A stretch of DNA of 64,000 bases, from contig JBFGJG010000015.1 in the NCBI GenBank assembly GCA_041577295.1, forward strand, positions 1 to 64,000, written 5' to 3'. Positions 1-10,361 of this stretch are shown here, in pieces. The position numbers were made by a program, and so were the translations under genes. The notes under the pieces were generated by a model. The model saw nothing but the letters and a program-made list of their open reading frames with translations, was not told the origin of the DNA and did no database searches. This stretch comes from Gemmatimonadales bacterium (GTDB taxonomy: Bacteria; Gemmatimonadota; Gemmatimonadetes; Gemmatimonadales; GWC2-71-9). How positions within the stretch are numbered: the first letter of the stretch is position 1; each line of letters starts with the position of its first letter.

Positions 1-608
1 ACCTGCAACGCTCGTGGAGTGGTGTTCCCGAATCGGAACCCCCCCGTATCTGTGAGGATGGCCACGTAGAGGGCGCGCGCTGCCTCCTGCGTCAGAGGCC
101 ATCGCGCGGATCGAGCGAGGTCGTAAAGCAGCTCTCCCGTGGCACTGGCGTGGGGATCGACGAGCCGAGGACCCGGCGGCAGTTGACCGTTGCTCGAATG
201 ATGATCGATACAGATCACGGGGACCGCCGCTCGCTCGACCGTCTGTGCGAGGTGCCCGAGCCTTCCGAGATCCGAGATGTCCAGCACGACGATCAGATCG
301 GCGTCCTGCAGGTGCTTCACGGCCTCGGCGGAACGTTCAGCTCCTTGCGCCCCACTCAGGAGGAAGCGATACCGCCCGGGAAACGGCGTGGGGTTGGTGA
401 TGGCGGCTCGCACACCGCGGGCGCGCAACAGGTGCCACAGGGCAATTTCCCCCCCGATCCCATCCCCGTCCGCATTGACGTGCGTGGTGAGCGCGACCCG
501 CGTGCCTGGCTCAAACAACTTGATGATGCTGAGTGCCGCACGTCTGCGGGCCGCCGGTACCCTGACACCGCCGGCACCGGAGCGCGTCACGTGGTCGGCT
601 GTAGCCAT
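1..608 (-). CDS. nrnA: DHH-family phosphoesterase (NrnA-like nanoRNase/pAp phosphatase); 3' end runs off the window
   Basis: Absent from the ORF track because it is open at the edge. Manual translation from ATG 608 gives MATADH...RVALTTHVNADGDGIGGEIAL...IDHH...LYVAILTDTGGFRFGNTTPRALQ, containing the DHH family motifs HxxxDxD, DHH and TDTGxF. Confidence 0.88.
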   Translation of the reverse strand, partial: MATADHVTRSGAGGVRVPAARRRAALSIIKLFEPGTRVALTTHVNADGDGIGGEIALWHLLRARGVRAAITNPTPFPGRYRFLLSGAQGAERSAEAVKHLQDADLIVVLDISDLGRLGHLAQTVERAAVPVICIDHHSSNGQLPPGPRLVDPHASATGELLYDLARSARWPLTQEAARALYVAILTDTGGFRFGNTTPRALQ

Positions 609-722
609 GCAGCGAAGATATTCGGTCGGGTGTGAATCGCGAAGTCCCGAGAACACCGGTGACTTGCCGGACGGCGCTGCCCGCCCCATTATGTCAAGCC
701 CTTTGCCCACCAGTGAATCGCC

Positions 723-2474
723 ATGGAAACTTTCGGTCAGATCGTCGAGACCCTCAACGATTTCATCTGGGGATTTGGGATCCCCGCAGGCGAAGAGAGT
801 ATCCCCATTGTCGTGATCGCGCTGGTGGGGACTGGCATCTTTCTGACGCTTCGTCTCGCATTCATCCAGGTCCGGCACCTTGGACACGGCTTCGCGGTCA
901 CCACTGGGAAGTACGACGACCCAGATGAGCCGGGTGACGTTTCCCACTTCCAGGCGCTCAGCACGGCGCTGTCCGCGACTGTAGGTATTGGCAACATCGC
1001 CGGCGTCGCCATCGCGATCCACTGGGGTGGTCCCGGAGCGTTGTTCTGGATGTGGGTCACCGCATTTCTCGGAATGGCCACGAAGTTCACGGAGGTGACG
1101 CTCGCCCAGCACTACCGGCAGGTCGAGTCGCGGGACGAAGCGCACCGGCTCATCGGGACCGTCTCTGGTGGGCCGATGTACTACATCGAGCGCGGACTGG
1201 GCCCCAATTGGAAGTGGCTCGCGGTGCTGTTTGCATCCGTCCTCGGTCTGACCGCGTTTCTCACGGGCAACGCCATTCAGGCCAACACGGTGTCCGACAC
1301 CATGCTCACGACGTTCGGAATCCCCGTCTGGGTGACCGGACTCGTGACGTCCGCGGTGGTGGCGGCGGTCATCTTGGGTGGTATCAGCCGCATCGGAAAG
1401 GTGACGGGGATTCTCGCGCCCAGCATGGCCGCTATCTACGTGGCCGGCGCTCTTTTCATCATCGTCGCCAACTACGAGCAAGTGCTTCCGACGTTCGGCC
1501 TGATCTTCCGCGAGGCGTTCAACCCCAGCGCGGGAATCGCTGGTACCGGCGTAGGCGCTTTCTTGGTGACCATGATGTGGGGTGTGAAGCGGGGACTCTT
1601 CTCGAACGAGGCCGGCCAGGGCTCAGCCCCGATCGCCCATGCGGCGGCGCAGACGGATGAACCCGTCTCGGAGGGTGTCGTCGCGTTGGTGGAGCCATTC
1701 ATCGACACGATCGTAATCGTCACGATGACCGCTTTGGTCATCATCATCACCGGCGTGTGGGACGATCGCATTCCGACTGAGATGGGGCTCACCAGCGGCG
1801 ACATCTCCTACGTCGCGTACGCGACCGATGGAAGAAGGACGGCAGTCGTTACCCCGCAGGAGCTCCAGTTTGTAGACGGGAGACCCCTTAGCGTGGAACC
1901 CGGATCGGCACAACTCGCTTGGCACGAGGTCGCCGTCGAGCAGCTCTTCCGCGATCGCGAGCAGACGATTCCCTTCACCGGAGTCATCTATCCCTTGCGG
2001 GGTGTTGCGGAGGACGCCGACGGAACGACGTATACGTCACTCTTCGGGAACGCGGTGGAGAGTGGGGCCCCACTGACCATGTTGGGGTTCCAGCGAGGGC
2101 TTCCGGGTAACGGCGGGCGGTATATCGTCGTGATCAGTGTGCTGCTGTTTGCTGTTTCGACATCGATCGCGTGGAGTTACTACGGTGATCGCTGCGCCAA
2201 CTACCTGTTTGGGACGAAGGCCATCCTCCCCTACAAGTTTGCCTTCGTGGGCATGCACTTCGTCGGCGCGGTCCTGGCGCTTTCCGACGTGTGGAGTTTG
2301 GGGGACGTCTTTCTGGGACTGGTGATCTTGCCCAACCTGCTCGCGCTCGTGCTGCTGTCGCCGAAGGTGGTCGAGCTGACGAAGAGCTACTTCGAGCGGA
2401 AGGCGTGGCTCGACAACGTGGCCATCCACCGGCAAATCGTGGAAGCTCGCCGGCGGAAGCGGAAATCGGGGTAG
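723..2474 (+). CDS. Alanine/glycine:cation symporter (AGCS/AlsT family)
   Basis: Motifs TVGIGNIAGVA, GGPGALFWMW, GGPMYY, RGLFSNEAGQGSAPIAHA and EPFIDT; many TM helices. Confidence 0.95.
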   Translation: METFGQIVETLNDFIWGFGIPAGEESIPIVVIALVGTGIFLTLRLAFIQVRHLGHGFAVTTGKYDDPDEPGDVSHFQALSTALSATVGIGNIAGVAIAIHWGGPGALFWMWVTAFLGMATKFTEVTLAQHYRQVESRDEAHRLIGTVSGGPMYYIERGLGPNWKWLAVLFASVLGLTAFLTGNAIQANTVSDTMLTTFGIPVWVTGLVTSAVVAAVILGGISRIGKVTGILAPSMAAIYVAGALFIIVANYEQVLPTFGLIFREAFNPSAGIAGTGVGAFLVTMMWGVKRGLFSNEAGQGSAPIAHAAAQTDEPVSEGVVALVEPFIDTIVIVTMTALVIIITGVWDDRIPTEMGLTSGDISYVAYATDGRRTAVVTPQELQFVDGRPLSVEPGSAQLAWHEVAVEQLFRDREQTIPFTGVIYPLRGVAEDADGTTYTSLFGNAVESGAPLTMLGFQRGLPGNGGRYIVVISVLLFAVSTSIAWSYYGDRCANYLFGTKAILPYKFAFVGMHFVGAVLALSDVWSLGDVFLGLVILPNLLALVLLSPKVVELTKSYFERKAWLDNVAIHRQIVEARRRKRKSG

Positions 2475-2479
2475 CTGAC

Positions 2480-3937
2480 TTAGACGCTGTAGTTTGGTGC
2501 TTCGCGGGTAACCACCACGTCGTGCGGGTGTGACTCGCGCAGACCGGCCGTCGTCACCTGGAGAAACTCCGTCTCGCAGCGCAACTCCATGAGTGTTGCA
2601 CAGCCGCAGTATCCCATACCGCTGCGAATCCCACCGACCATCTGGTAGATCACGTCGGCCAACGGGCCGCGGTACGGTACCCGCCCTTCGATGCCTTCCG
2701 GGACCAGTTTCTGTACGGACAGATCACCTTCCTGGAAGTAGCGGTCGGCGGATCCCTCCTGCATGGCTGCCAGGGACCCCATCCCGCGGACCGTTTTGAA
2801 GCGGCGGCCCTCGAGCAGGAAGCTCTCGCCTGGGCTCTCCTCGGTCCCCGCCAACATGGATCCCAGCATGACGCTCGACGCACCTGCAGCGAGCGCCTTG
2901 ACCGCGTCTCCGGAGTATTTCACCCCACCGTCCGCGATGACGGGCACGTCGTTCGCACCATGCACCGACTCGACGATGGCTGTGATTTGGGGAACACCCA
3001 CTCCCGTGACGACCCTCGTGGTGCAGATCGAACCAGGGCCGATGCCGACCTTGACGGCATCCACTCCGCGTTCCACGAGGGATCGGGCGCCGTCATGCGT
3101 TGCCACGTTACCGCCAATAAGCTGGACGTCGGCAAGTGCATTGCGCACGCGCTCGATCGTCCGGAGCACGTTCTCCGAGTGACCGTGCGCGGAGTCGATC
3201 ACGATCGCGTCGACACCGGCACCTACCAGTGCCCGTGCGCGGTCTACCGAATCTCGACTCACGCCCACAGCTGCCGCCACCCGTAACCGCCCATGTTCAT
3301 CTTTGTTCGCGTCGGGGAACTGCCGCCGTTTGAAGATGTCCTTGACGGTAATGAGGCCCTTGAGGATTCCTTCGCCATCAACCACCGGCAGCTTTTCGAT
3401 CTTGTGCTTCCCGAGAATCTTCTCCGCCTCCTCCAGCGTCGTCCCCACGGGTGCGGTGATCAACCCGTCCTTCGTCATGGCGTCCCGAATGGGGCGGTCG
3501 AGGTTGGTTTCGAACTGGAGGTCGCGATTGGTGATGATCCCCACCAGGGTGCCGCGCCCGTCGACGATGGGAACCCCGGAAATGCGAAAGCGCGCCATCA
3601 ACGCCGAGGCCTCCCGCAGGGGGCGGTCGGGGCCGAGCGTGATGGGGTTGAGGATCATTCCACTTTCGGAGCGTTTGACCCGATCGACCTCGGCGGCTTG
3701 CCGATCGATCGACATGTTCTTGTGGATGACCCCGATGCCGCCCTGGCGGGCCATCGCAATGGCCGTAGCCGATTCGGTGACCGTGTCCATGGCCGCCGAC
3801 ACGAGCGGGACGTTCAGAGAAATGCCTCGCGTGAATTGCGCTCGGAGGTCAACGTCGCGGGGATGCACACTGGCGTGCCGCGGAACTAGCAGGACGTCGT
3901 CGAACGTGAGCGCGTGGCCGGGGCGGAGGCGCGTCAC
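2480..3937 (-). CDS. guaB: IMP dehydrogenase with CBS pair
   Basis: [16 protein letters not shown], catalytic [21 protein letters not shown] and ESHPHD. Confidence 0.98.
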   Translation of the reverse strand: MTRLRPGHALTFDDVLLVPRHASVHPRDVDLRAQFTRGISLNVPLVSAAMDTVTESATAIAMARQGGIGVIHKNMSIDRQAAEVDRVKRSESGMILNPITLGPDRPLREASALMARFRISGVPIVDGRGTLVGIITNRDLQFETNLDRPIRDAMTKDGLITAPVGTTLEEAEKILGKHKIEKLPVVDGEGILKGLITVKDIFKRRQFPDANKDEHGRLRVAAAVGVSRDSVDRARALVGAGVDAIVIDSAHGHSENVLRTIERVRNALADVQLIGGNVATHDGARSLVERGVDAVKVGIGPGSICTTRVVTGVGVPQITAIVESVHGANDVPVIADGGVKYSGDAVKALAAGASSVMLGSMLAGTEESPGESFLLEGRRFKTVRGMGSLAAMQEGSADRYFQEGDLSVQKLVPEGIEGRVPYRGPLADVIYQMVGGIRSGMGYCGCATLMELRCETEFLQVTTAGLRESHPHDVVVTREAPNYSV

Positions 3938-4010
3938 TCAAACTCCAAATGCGCAAAAACCCGCCGAGTGCTCGCGGCGGGTGTCGTTTGGATCGCTGAT
4001 TCCATGGCGG

Positions 4011-4039
4011 AAATTATGCGCGCACGGCGGGAGGGTCAA
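4011..4039 (-). promoter_or_regulatory. Putative sigma70 promoter for guaB
   Basis: Minus strand TTGACC (4039-4034), 17-nt spacer, TAATTT (4016-4011), ~75 nt upstream of the guaB start. Confidence 0.5.
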
Positions 4040-4425
4040 GCCGTCGAATCATCGTCCCGCTTGTCGTCGTCTGTTTCCGACCCCGAGCCACCGTTCTCTG
4101 TCGCCGGATCAGGGGGCGTGGAGGGGGGAGTTGGTGTACCCGACAGCTCACTGACAACCGCTCTGCCCGCCGCGGCGAGCCCGGCCATCACCCGGCCGGC
4201 CGCATCGACAAGCGGCGCGGTGCCTTTCGTCGCTGCGTCGCCAAGGGTGCCCGCCCCGATCGCGTCCTCGATATTCTCGGCCAGCCGTTGTAACGCGGAT
4301 GGAGCCCGCCGACTCTTGTTGTACTTCGACTCCAAGAAGTCGAGGTAGTCGAGCACCTGTCGCGCCTGCTCATCCTGTAGTCTTTCGAGCTTTCGCTCGA
4401 TCTTCGCTCGTAGATTCTCGTTCAT
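4036..4425 (-). CDS. Hypothetical protein (helical N-terminus, acidic disordered tail)
   Basis: 129-aa ORF with an AAGG-type RBS, co-oriented between the SH3 gene and guaB; QVLDYLDFLESKY helix. Confidence 0.75.
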   Translation of the reverse strand: MNENLRAKIERKLERLQDEQARQVLDYLDFLESKYNKSRRAPSALQRLAENIEDAIGAGTLGDAATKGTAPLVDAAGRVMAGLAAAGRAVVSELSGTPTPPSTPPDPATENGGSGSETDDDKRDDDSTA

Positions 4426-4440
4426 CCAACCCTTACCTAC

Positions 4441-5433
4441 TCAGCGTGGTGCCATCTCGATCAACTCGAGAATCGGGTTTCCAAGGAACCGGGAACGTCC
4501 CACCCGGACACGGCCAATGACGACGAGCTCGGTCAGGGGAGGCAATCGCTCCACTTCCGCGACCTGCGCGTCCGTGACTACCACGTAGACAAACCCGGCT
4601 TCGGGCAGCGGCCCCCTCGTGAGGAGGTAGCGGCGCCCAACCGGGATGTCGTGCCGGAGCTCGTCGGCCTCCTGCACCGAGATGTACTGCAGGATCCACT
4701 GGACGCGTTTGCCCTCGAACTCCCGCGGTCGGGAACGGACCTCCGCCGCGCTCACGCCAACTAGTATATCTGACGATGCGGGCTTGAGATCGGTTTCACG
4801 CACCCAGCCATCAGCCTGGATTCGCACCCACTCCCCGGATCGCGCCAGGATGCGGACCGGAGCATCAGGGCCGAGCGTACCGATTTCCGCACCCTCGACA
4901 CTGCGGTAGACTGGCACCTCTTGCGTCACGGTGGCTCGATCGAGAGTCGCCGGCTCACTCCGCACCGACCCGCCACTTGAGGTCACACCCGTCCCCGTGC
5001 TGGCAATCGCATCGATTTGCTCGAGGGATTGACCCCGCATCCACCCCGTGCGCCGAACACGAACCCATCCGGCGCGTGTGTCGACCGCATCGAGCAGGCA
5101 ACCGTTCGCCAGCCGGGCAACGAGCTCGCCATTCGGGGCCGCGCGGAGGTTCTCACCACGCGGTGCATTGACCACGCGATTGTGCCCCTCCCGGTTGGTG
5201 GGCTCAATCGACTGTGCCCAGATCCAACCGTCGAGTGTCACTTCGATCCATCCGTCACGTACCTCGCCGCCGACGACGACGGCGCCTTCAGGCACCGACG
5301 CGAGCAGGACACCGTCCTGGGACGGATCCTTCCGGAAGTTCTCCTCGTTCCGAACGCGATACGAGCTTTGGCCGTGTGTCACGGCCGGAAGCCATGACAT
5401 GACAACGACAGCGAGAGCAGCTGCACGCCACAA
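4441..5433 (-). CDS. Secreted multi-SH3b-domain protein with a C-terminal OB-fold-like domain
   Basis: Signal peptide-like N-terminus and three SH3-like repeats (ENFR...GWIEV..GWI; ENLR...GWVRV..GWM; ...EWVRI..GWV). Start uncertain: TTG 5433 preferred over the ORF-track 5502. Confidence 0.75.
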   Translation of the reverse strand: MWRAAALAVVVMSWLPAVTHGQSSYRVRNEENFRKDPSQDGVLLASVPEGAVVVGGEVRDGWIEVTLDGWIWAQSIEPTNREGHNRVVNAPRGENLRAAPNGELVARLANGCLLDAVDTRAGWVRVRRTGWMRGQSLEQIDAIASTGTGVTSSGGSVRSEPATLDRATVTQEVPVYRSVEGAEIGTLGPDAPVRILARSGEWVRIQADGWVRETDLKPASSDILVGVSAAEVRSRPREFEGKRVQWILQYISVQEADELRHDIPVGRRYLLTRGPLPEAGFVYVVVTDAQVAEVERLPPLTELVVIGRVRVGRSRFLGNPILELIEMAPR

Positions 5434-5538
5434 GGCTGGTAGGGGTTGATGGAGGTGGATAGATTGCCTCTTCCTATGAGCGCAGACGAGCATTCTACGC
5501 AAGGCCTTCGGTTGGTGTCAAACGCCGGCGGTGTCACG

Positions 5539-6255
5539 TTGCAACGCACCCGCTGGTTTCTCGCGATTCTGGGGGCAAGCCTCGTGGCCTCCCCAGCCTC
5601 GCTCGCGGGGCAGGTTGGGCACGCCCCAGACGCGTCGCCCTACCGGCCCGTCCTGGCCCGTCAAGTGGCCTCTGGCTTTGGGGGCTACATGTTGGGTGAC
5701 GCGGGCAAAGCGGGGGTAGGACCGCACGATGGGCCCCTGGTTGGCGCGCGATATGAGTTCCTTTTCGGGGGACCGGTGGCCCTCGATCTGCGGGTGGCCG
5801 TGGCCGATCTCGAGCGCGTCGTCATCGATCCCACCCGTGTGCCTGAGCAGCGGATCAAGGGCACGTTCGACCAACAGGTCCTAATGGCGGACGCGGGCAT
5901 CAATCTGGTGCTCACCGGCCCCAAGACGTGGCACGGCCTGGCGCCGTTCGTGGGGGGCGCCCTGGGGTTGGCCTTTGGGAATAGCGTGCCCCAGGACTCG
6001 AGTACCTTCGAGTTCAATGTCCACTTTCTAGTGGCACCGCAAGGAGGCGTGCGGTGGCACATCGGCGACCGATTCCTCGTGCGGTTGGAAGGTCGCGATA
6101 CGATTTGGCGGCTGAGCTACCCAGACCTCTTCTTTGAGCCGCCGGTGGCCGATCCGGATGGGGATCCCGTATTGAACCCCGAAACCAGCAGCGATACCGA
6201 CTGGACCCATCATCTCGTGTTGACGCTCTCGCTGGGGTTCGCGTTGCGGTTGTAG
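5539..6255 (+). CDS. Outer-membrane beta-barrel protein
   Basis: Signal peptide (..SLAG-Q), alternating amphipathic beta strands, C-terminal SLGFALRL. Start likely TTG 5539 (ORF track 5446). Confidence 0.7.
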   Translation: MQRTRWFLAILGASLVASPASLAGQVGHAPDASPYRPVLARQVASGFGGYMLGDAGKAGVGPHDGPLVGARYEFLFGGPVALDLRVAVADLERVVIDPTRVPEQRIKGTFDQQVLMADAGINLVLTGPKTWHGLAPFVGGALGLAFGNSVPQDSSTFEFNVHFLVAPQGGVRWHIGDRFLVRLEGRDTIWRLSYPDLFFEPPVADPDGDPVLNPETSSDTDWTHHLVLTLSLGFALRL

Positions 6256-6336
6256 ATCCCGCGATCGGCCCCTGCCGTCTTGCCTCGACTCCCGCCGGGA
6301 CGACGGACCTCTCTAGACGTAGGTACATTGTTGTCC

Positions 6337-6759
6337 ATGAGCGATGTGAAACTCACCAGGGTCGTGTCGTTCAGCGCGGCTCACCGTTACTACCGGCCCG
6401 ATTGGTCACCCGAACGCAACCTCGACGCCTTCGGCGCCTGCGCGAACGAACACGGACACGGCCATAACTATCGCTGCTATGTGACGGTTGCCGGCACTCT
6501 CGATGCCGACACCGGGATGATTACGGATCTCGAGGAGCTCGATCGTGTGCTCCGTGAAGAGATCGTCACGCGCTTCGATCATCGCCACATTAATCTCGAC
6601 GTTCCGGAATTCGCCTACGGAAAGCAGGTCCCGACGGGAGAAGCGCTCGCGGTGTTCATTTGGGGACGGATCGCCGGGCGGCTTCCGTCCGGTGTACGCC
6701 TCGTGCGCGTACGGGTGCGGGAGGACGCGACACTTTACGCCGACTACGAGGGCTGCTGA
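6337..6759 (+). CDS. queD: 6-pyruvoyl/6-carboxy-tetrahydropterin synthase (PTPS/QueD family)
   Basis: FSAAHR, CANEHGHGHNY, FDHRHIN and PTGE motifs. Confidence 0.88.
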   Translation: MSDVKLTRVVSFSAAHRYYRPDWSPERNLDAFGACANEHGHGHNYRCYVTVAGTLDADTGMITDLEELDRVLREEIVTRFDHRHINLDVPEFAYGKQVPTGEALAVFIWGRIAGRLPSGVRLVRVRVREDATLYADYEGC

Positions 6760-6761
6760 CA

Positions 6762-7373
6762 ATGACGTCGGTTCGCGGCGCCATCTTGGCGGGTGGACAA
6801 GCAAGTCGTTTCGATGGACGCGCCAAAGGCCTCGAGCGCGTCGGTGGCGAGCGGATCTTGGACCGCGTGGTGTTGGCGGTCCACGAAGCGACTGGAGAAC
6901 CGCCGCTCTTGATCGCGAACGCGCACGAGGCTGGGGGCTGGCGTGCGGATGTCGAGGTCCGACCCGACGTCCTGCCGAATTGTGGAAGTTTGGGGGGGAT
7001 CTACACGGCCGTCACATCAGACCCCAACCCGGTTTTGATCGTCGCATGGGACATGCCGTTCGTAACGGCGTCACTGTTGTGCGAGCTCATCGCGGGAGCG
7101 AAGTCGTATGACGTGTTCTTGCCCGAGAGCGACGGGCCACAGGGAGTCGAACCGCTCTGCGGAGTCTACGCTCCCTCTTGCGCCACCGCGATCCGCGAAC
7201 AGCTCGAGGATGAAGACTTTCGCGCGACCGGGTTCCACTCGTCGGTGCGGCTCGGGGTCCTTTCCAAAGACCGGGTGGCGGCACACGGGGACCCCGCAAT
7301 GTTGTTCTTCAATATCAACACCGCACAGGACCTCGAGCGGGCGGAAGAGCTTTGGAGGGGGAAGGGCAGTTAA
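6762..7373 (+). CDS. mobA: Molybdenum cofactor guanylyltransferase
   Basis: ILAGGQASRF..K, GSLGGI, DMPF, EPLCGVY and FFNINT; starts 2 nt after the queD stop. Confidence 0.92.
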   Translation: MTSVRGAILAGGQASRFDGRAKGLERVGGERILDRVVLAVHEATGEPPLLIANAHEAGGWRADVEVRPDVLPNCGSLGGIYTAVTSDPNPVLIVAWDMPFVTASLLCELIAGAKSYDVFLPESDGPQGVEPLCGVYAPSCATAIREQLEDEDFRATGFHSSVRLGVLSKDRVAAHGDPAMLFFNINTAQDLERAEELWRGKGS

Positions 7374-7444
7374 GGCGCATTGAGGAGCGAGGGAGAAGTG
7401 GGCCCCTGGCCCTGAACACTTTGACCATTGATGACTGACATCCA

Positions 7445-8689
7445 ATGACTCTAACACCGACAGAAGCGGCACGTACGATCATCGACGAGGTGAGCACCCT
7501 GCCGGTGGAATGCATCCCGATCACCGACGCGGTCGGCCGCGTTCTGGCGTCCGGTGTTCAGAGCCCGATCAATCTCCCGCACTGGGATAACTCGGCGATG
7601 GACGGGTACGCCGTGCGCAGCGAGGATCTAAACTCGAGCACCGGGATGGTCGAACTCGAAGTCGTCGAAGAAATACCGGCCGGTGCCTTTCCAACCCTCC
7701 CGCTCTCCCCAGGGACCTGTGCCCGAATCTTCACCGGCGCCCCGGTGCCCAAGGGAGCCGACTCCGTAATTCGTCAGGAGCACACCACCAAGCTCGAGGC
7801 CAATCGGGTGCGGATAGACGATCGCCATGATGTGAAGCGAAACGTGCGGCGACGGGGCGAGGACATCCAACGCGGCGTAACGGTACTCGAGAGCGGTACG
7901 TCCTTGGGGCCGGCGGAGATCGGGGTACTGGCATCGGTGGCGGTCAGTGAAGTGTATGTCTATCGGCGACCACGCGTCGCGATCTTGGCGACGGGGGATG
8001 AGATCGCCGAGCTCGACGAGCGGCAAGAAATCCTCTCCGGAAAGAAGATCGCGTCATCGAATACGTACACGCTTATTGCCAACACGCGGCTCACCGGAGC
8101 CGAGGCGATATCGCTCGGTATTGCAAAAGACGATCCGGCCGAGCTGCAGCGCCGTATCGGTCGCGCGTCCACGGCCGATCTCTTAGTCACGTCGGGAGCC
8201 GTCAGTGTCGGGGAGCATGACTACATGCGTAGCGTGCTCGATAAACTCGGTCTGCAACTCAAATTCTGGCGCATCCGTATGCGACCGGGTGCACCGGTTG
8301 GCTTTGGCTTCGTCCGTGGGCTTCCGTGGATCGGGCTCCCGGGGAATCCCGTGAGCACGATGGTGACGTTCGAGCTGTTCGTGCGCCCCGCTATCCGCAA
8401 GCTGCTAGGCCAAAAGACCCCGTTTCGTCGCACCATCTCGGTGTGCGCAGGCGAGCCCATGTCCACGCCCGGCGCGCTGCAACATTTTCTTCGTGTGCGG
8501 CTCGAGGAGGGAAACGGAATGCCAACCGCATTCCTGACGGGCCCCCAAGGGTCCGGCATCCTCACATCGATGGTCAAAGCGCATGCACTGTTGATCGTGC
8601 CAGAAGATCGAGAAAAGGTACATCCAGGAGAGACCTTGACGGCCATCCTCCTCAGCGAGGGGCGGCACGTGGAGGAGCCACCGTTCTGA
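7445..8689 (+). CDS. moeA: Molybdopterin molybdotransferase (MoeA/gephyrin E)
   Basis: NSAMDGYA, IFTGAPVP, ATGDE, SGAVSVG and LPGNPVS. Confidence 0.96.
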   Translation: MTLTPTEAARTIIDEVSTLPVECIPITDAVGRVLASGVQSPINLPHWDNSAMDGYAVRSEDLNSSTGMVELEVVEEIPAGAFPTLPLSPGTCARIFTGAPVPKGADSVIRQEHTTKLEANRVRIDDRHDVKRNVRRRGEDIQRGVTVLESGTSLGPAEIGVLASVAVSEVYVYRRPRVAILATGDEIAELDERQEILSGKKIASSNTYTLIANTRLTGAEAISLGIAKDDPAELQRRIGRASTADLLVTSGAVSVGEHDYMRSVLDKLGLQLKFWRIRMRPGAPVGFGFVRGLPWIGLPGNPVSTMVTFELFVRPAIRKLLGQKTPFRRTISVCAGEPMSTPGALQHFLRVRLEEGNGMPTAFLTGPQGSGILTSMVKAHALLIVPEDREKVHPGETLTAILLSEGRHVEEPPF

Positions 8690-8708
8690 GGGAGTGCTCG
8701 CCTGCCCC

Positions 8709-10355
8709 CTACATTCTCTTGTAGGCTGGACCGGAGCCGCCTTCGCGCGGAGTCCAACGTGGTCCCACGACATCAGTCGCTTTACAGTCAACACAGTTCG
8801 GCGGGTTGACTCGCAGCTTGCCGTCGACAACCTCGTAAACGCCCGCTGGGCAGACGCTCGCATAGTAAGCCGCCAGCTCGCCGGGAACGTCCCCTCCAGT
8901 GATCAGGTGTGAGGGAATTGTATCGCGCGTGGCATTGCCCGACTTGAAGACGGCGTCCACCTTGCTGAACGTCAACGTTCCATCCGGGGTGAACGGGACT
9001 GCTCCGTCGGATGACCGTGCGACCGCCGCATCGCTCACCATAGAGATCTTGCCGCCGGGGAAGCGGCCACCCGTGATGGTCATGAGTCCCGCCTTGATTC
9101 CACCCATCACGAGTCCGTCCTTGAACGCCAGCCGCATGTTCCGCCGTCGGTAGAGATCCTTCATCACGTACGAAGCGTCAATCGACCGATCGTACGCCGC
9201 GAGCATGTGCGCACTGGTGTCATTCGCGGTGAGTGCGGTAAAGATCGCCCGCGCGGCTGCGATGCCGGATTCCATTGCGTAGTGAATGCCTTTGAGCGAC
9301 GGGACGTCCACGAACCCCGCCGAATCACCGAGCACCACCACCCCGTCACCGTGACGACGCTGGGGCACCGCATAGAACCCGCCCTCGGGAATGGTCTTCG
9401 CTCCCCACTCGGTCATCTCCCCACCCTGCAGGTACTGCGCAAACAACGGATGAGTCTTCATCCGCTGTAGCAGCACGTGTACGTCCAGCGACCGATACGG
9501 GTGATCGAGGCCAACCACCAGTCCGACCGCGGCGACGCGGTCCTCCAGCGGGTAAAAGAAGCTCCCGCCAAACGCTCCCCCTGGCAACGGCCACCCCAAC
9601 GTGTGGATGACGGCGTCAACGGGCCGTTTCGTCTCCCACAGCTCCTTCACCGCCAAGGCGTAGATTTGCGGATTCGCAGACGGAATCTGTTGCCATTCGA
9701 AAAAGGCCTGCGAGAGCATGCCACGCGTGCCCTCCGCTAGCGCGGTAACCTTGGCGACGACGTCCGCGGCGGGCATGTGGTTCGACATGGGGTTGCCGTC
9801 GCGGTCGAGGCCGGAAGGCGCTGTCCGAACGCCAATCACGCGATTGCCGTTGACAAGGAGCGCGCTTGCTGGAAAGCCAGGAAAGACGTCCACGCCCATG
9901 GCTTGTGCTCGTTCCCCCAACCAGCGAACGATCTCACAGATGGACGCCACGTAGTTACCCTCGTTCCGCATCGGTGGCGGCGTGGGAACGCGGATCGCCC
10001 GTTTTGGCGTCAGGAAGTACACCGCCTCACGCGTCACAGGCTGCTGAAACGGGAAGTCGCTGTCGTCGAGGTCAGGGAAGAGCGTGCGAAACGGTCGTGG
10101 GTTCACCACGGCACCGGAGAGGCAGTGTTCTCCCAGCGAGCCTGCCTTTTCGAGCACGCCGATGGATATCTGACCGGGACCATCTCCCGCCTCGTTTGCG
10201 GCTTTGACCAGTCCGCTGAGCTCGATAGCACCCGCGAGCCCCGCCGGTCCTCCGCCCACGAACAACACATCCATCTCGATGCGTTCGTCGCCGGGTGGCT
10301 CGGACAGAATCAGCTTATCGCGTGGAAGGGGTGGTTGCGCCTTCGCGGGGATCAT
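8709..10355 (-). CDS. Electron transfer flavoprotein-quinone oxidoreductase
   Basis: GGGPAGL FAD motif, HCLSGA, GAKTIPEGG, KGIHYAM and a C-terminal 4Fe-4S region (CPAGVY..NCVDCKAT); follows etfA. Confidence 0.93.
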   Translation of the reverse strand: MIPAKAQPPLPRDKLILSEPPGDERIEMDVLFVGGGPAGLAGAIELSGLVKAANEAGDGPGQISIGVLEKAGSLGEHCLSGAVVNPRPFRTLFPDLDDSDFPFQQPVTREAVYFLTPKRAIRVPTPPPMRNEGNYVASICEIVRWLGERAQAMGVDVFPGFPASALLVNGNRVIGVRTAPSGLDRDGNPMSNHMPAADVVAKVTALAEGTRGMLSQAFFEWQQIPSANPQIYALAVKELWETKRPVDAVIHTLGWPLPGGAFGGSFFYPLEDRVAAVGLVVGLDHPYRSLDVHVLLQRMKTHPLFAQYLQGGEMTEWGAKTIPEGGFYAVPQRRHGDGVVVLGDSAGFVDVPSLKGIHYAMESGIAAARAIFTALTANDTSAHMLAAYDRSIDASYVMKDLYRRRNMRLAFKDGLVMGGIKAGLMTITGGRFPGGKISMVSDAAVARSSDGAVPFTPDGTLTFSKVDAVFKSGNATRDTIPSHLITGGDVPGELAAYYASVCPAGVYEVVDGKLRVNPPNCVDCKATDVVGPRWTPREGGSGPAYKRM

Positions 10356-10361
10356 TCGTTT

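Noticed and set aside
150..816. Plus-strand ORFs 150..635 and 277..816
   Set aside because: They are shadows of the minus-strand DHH phosphoesterase (1..608), which has clear motifs.
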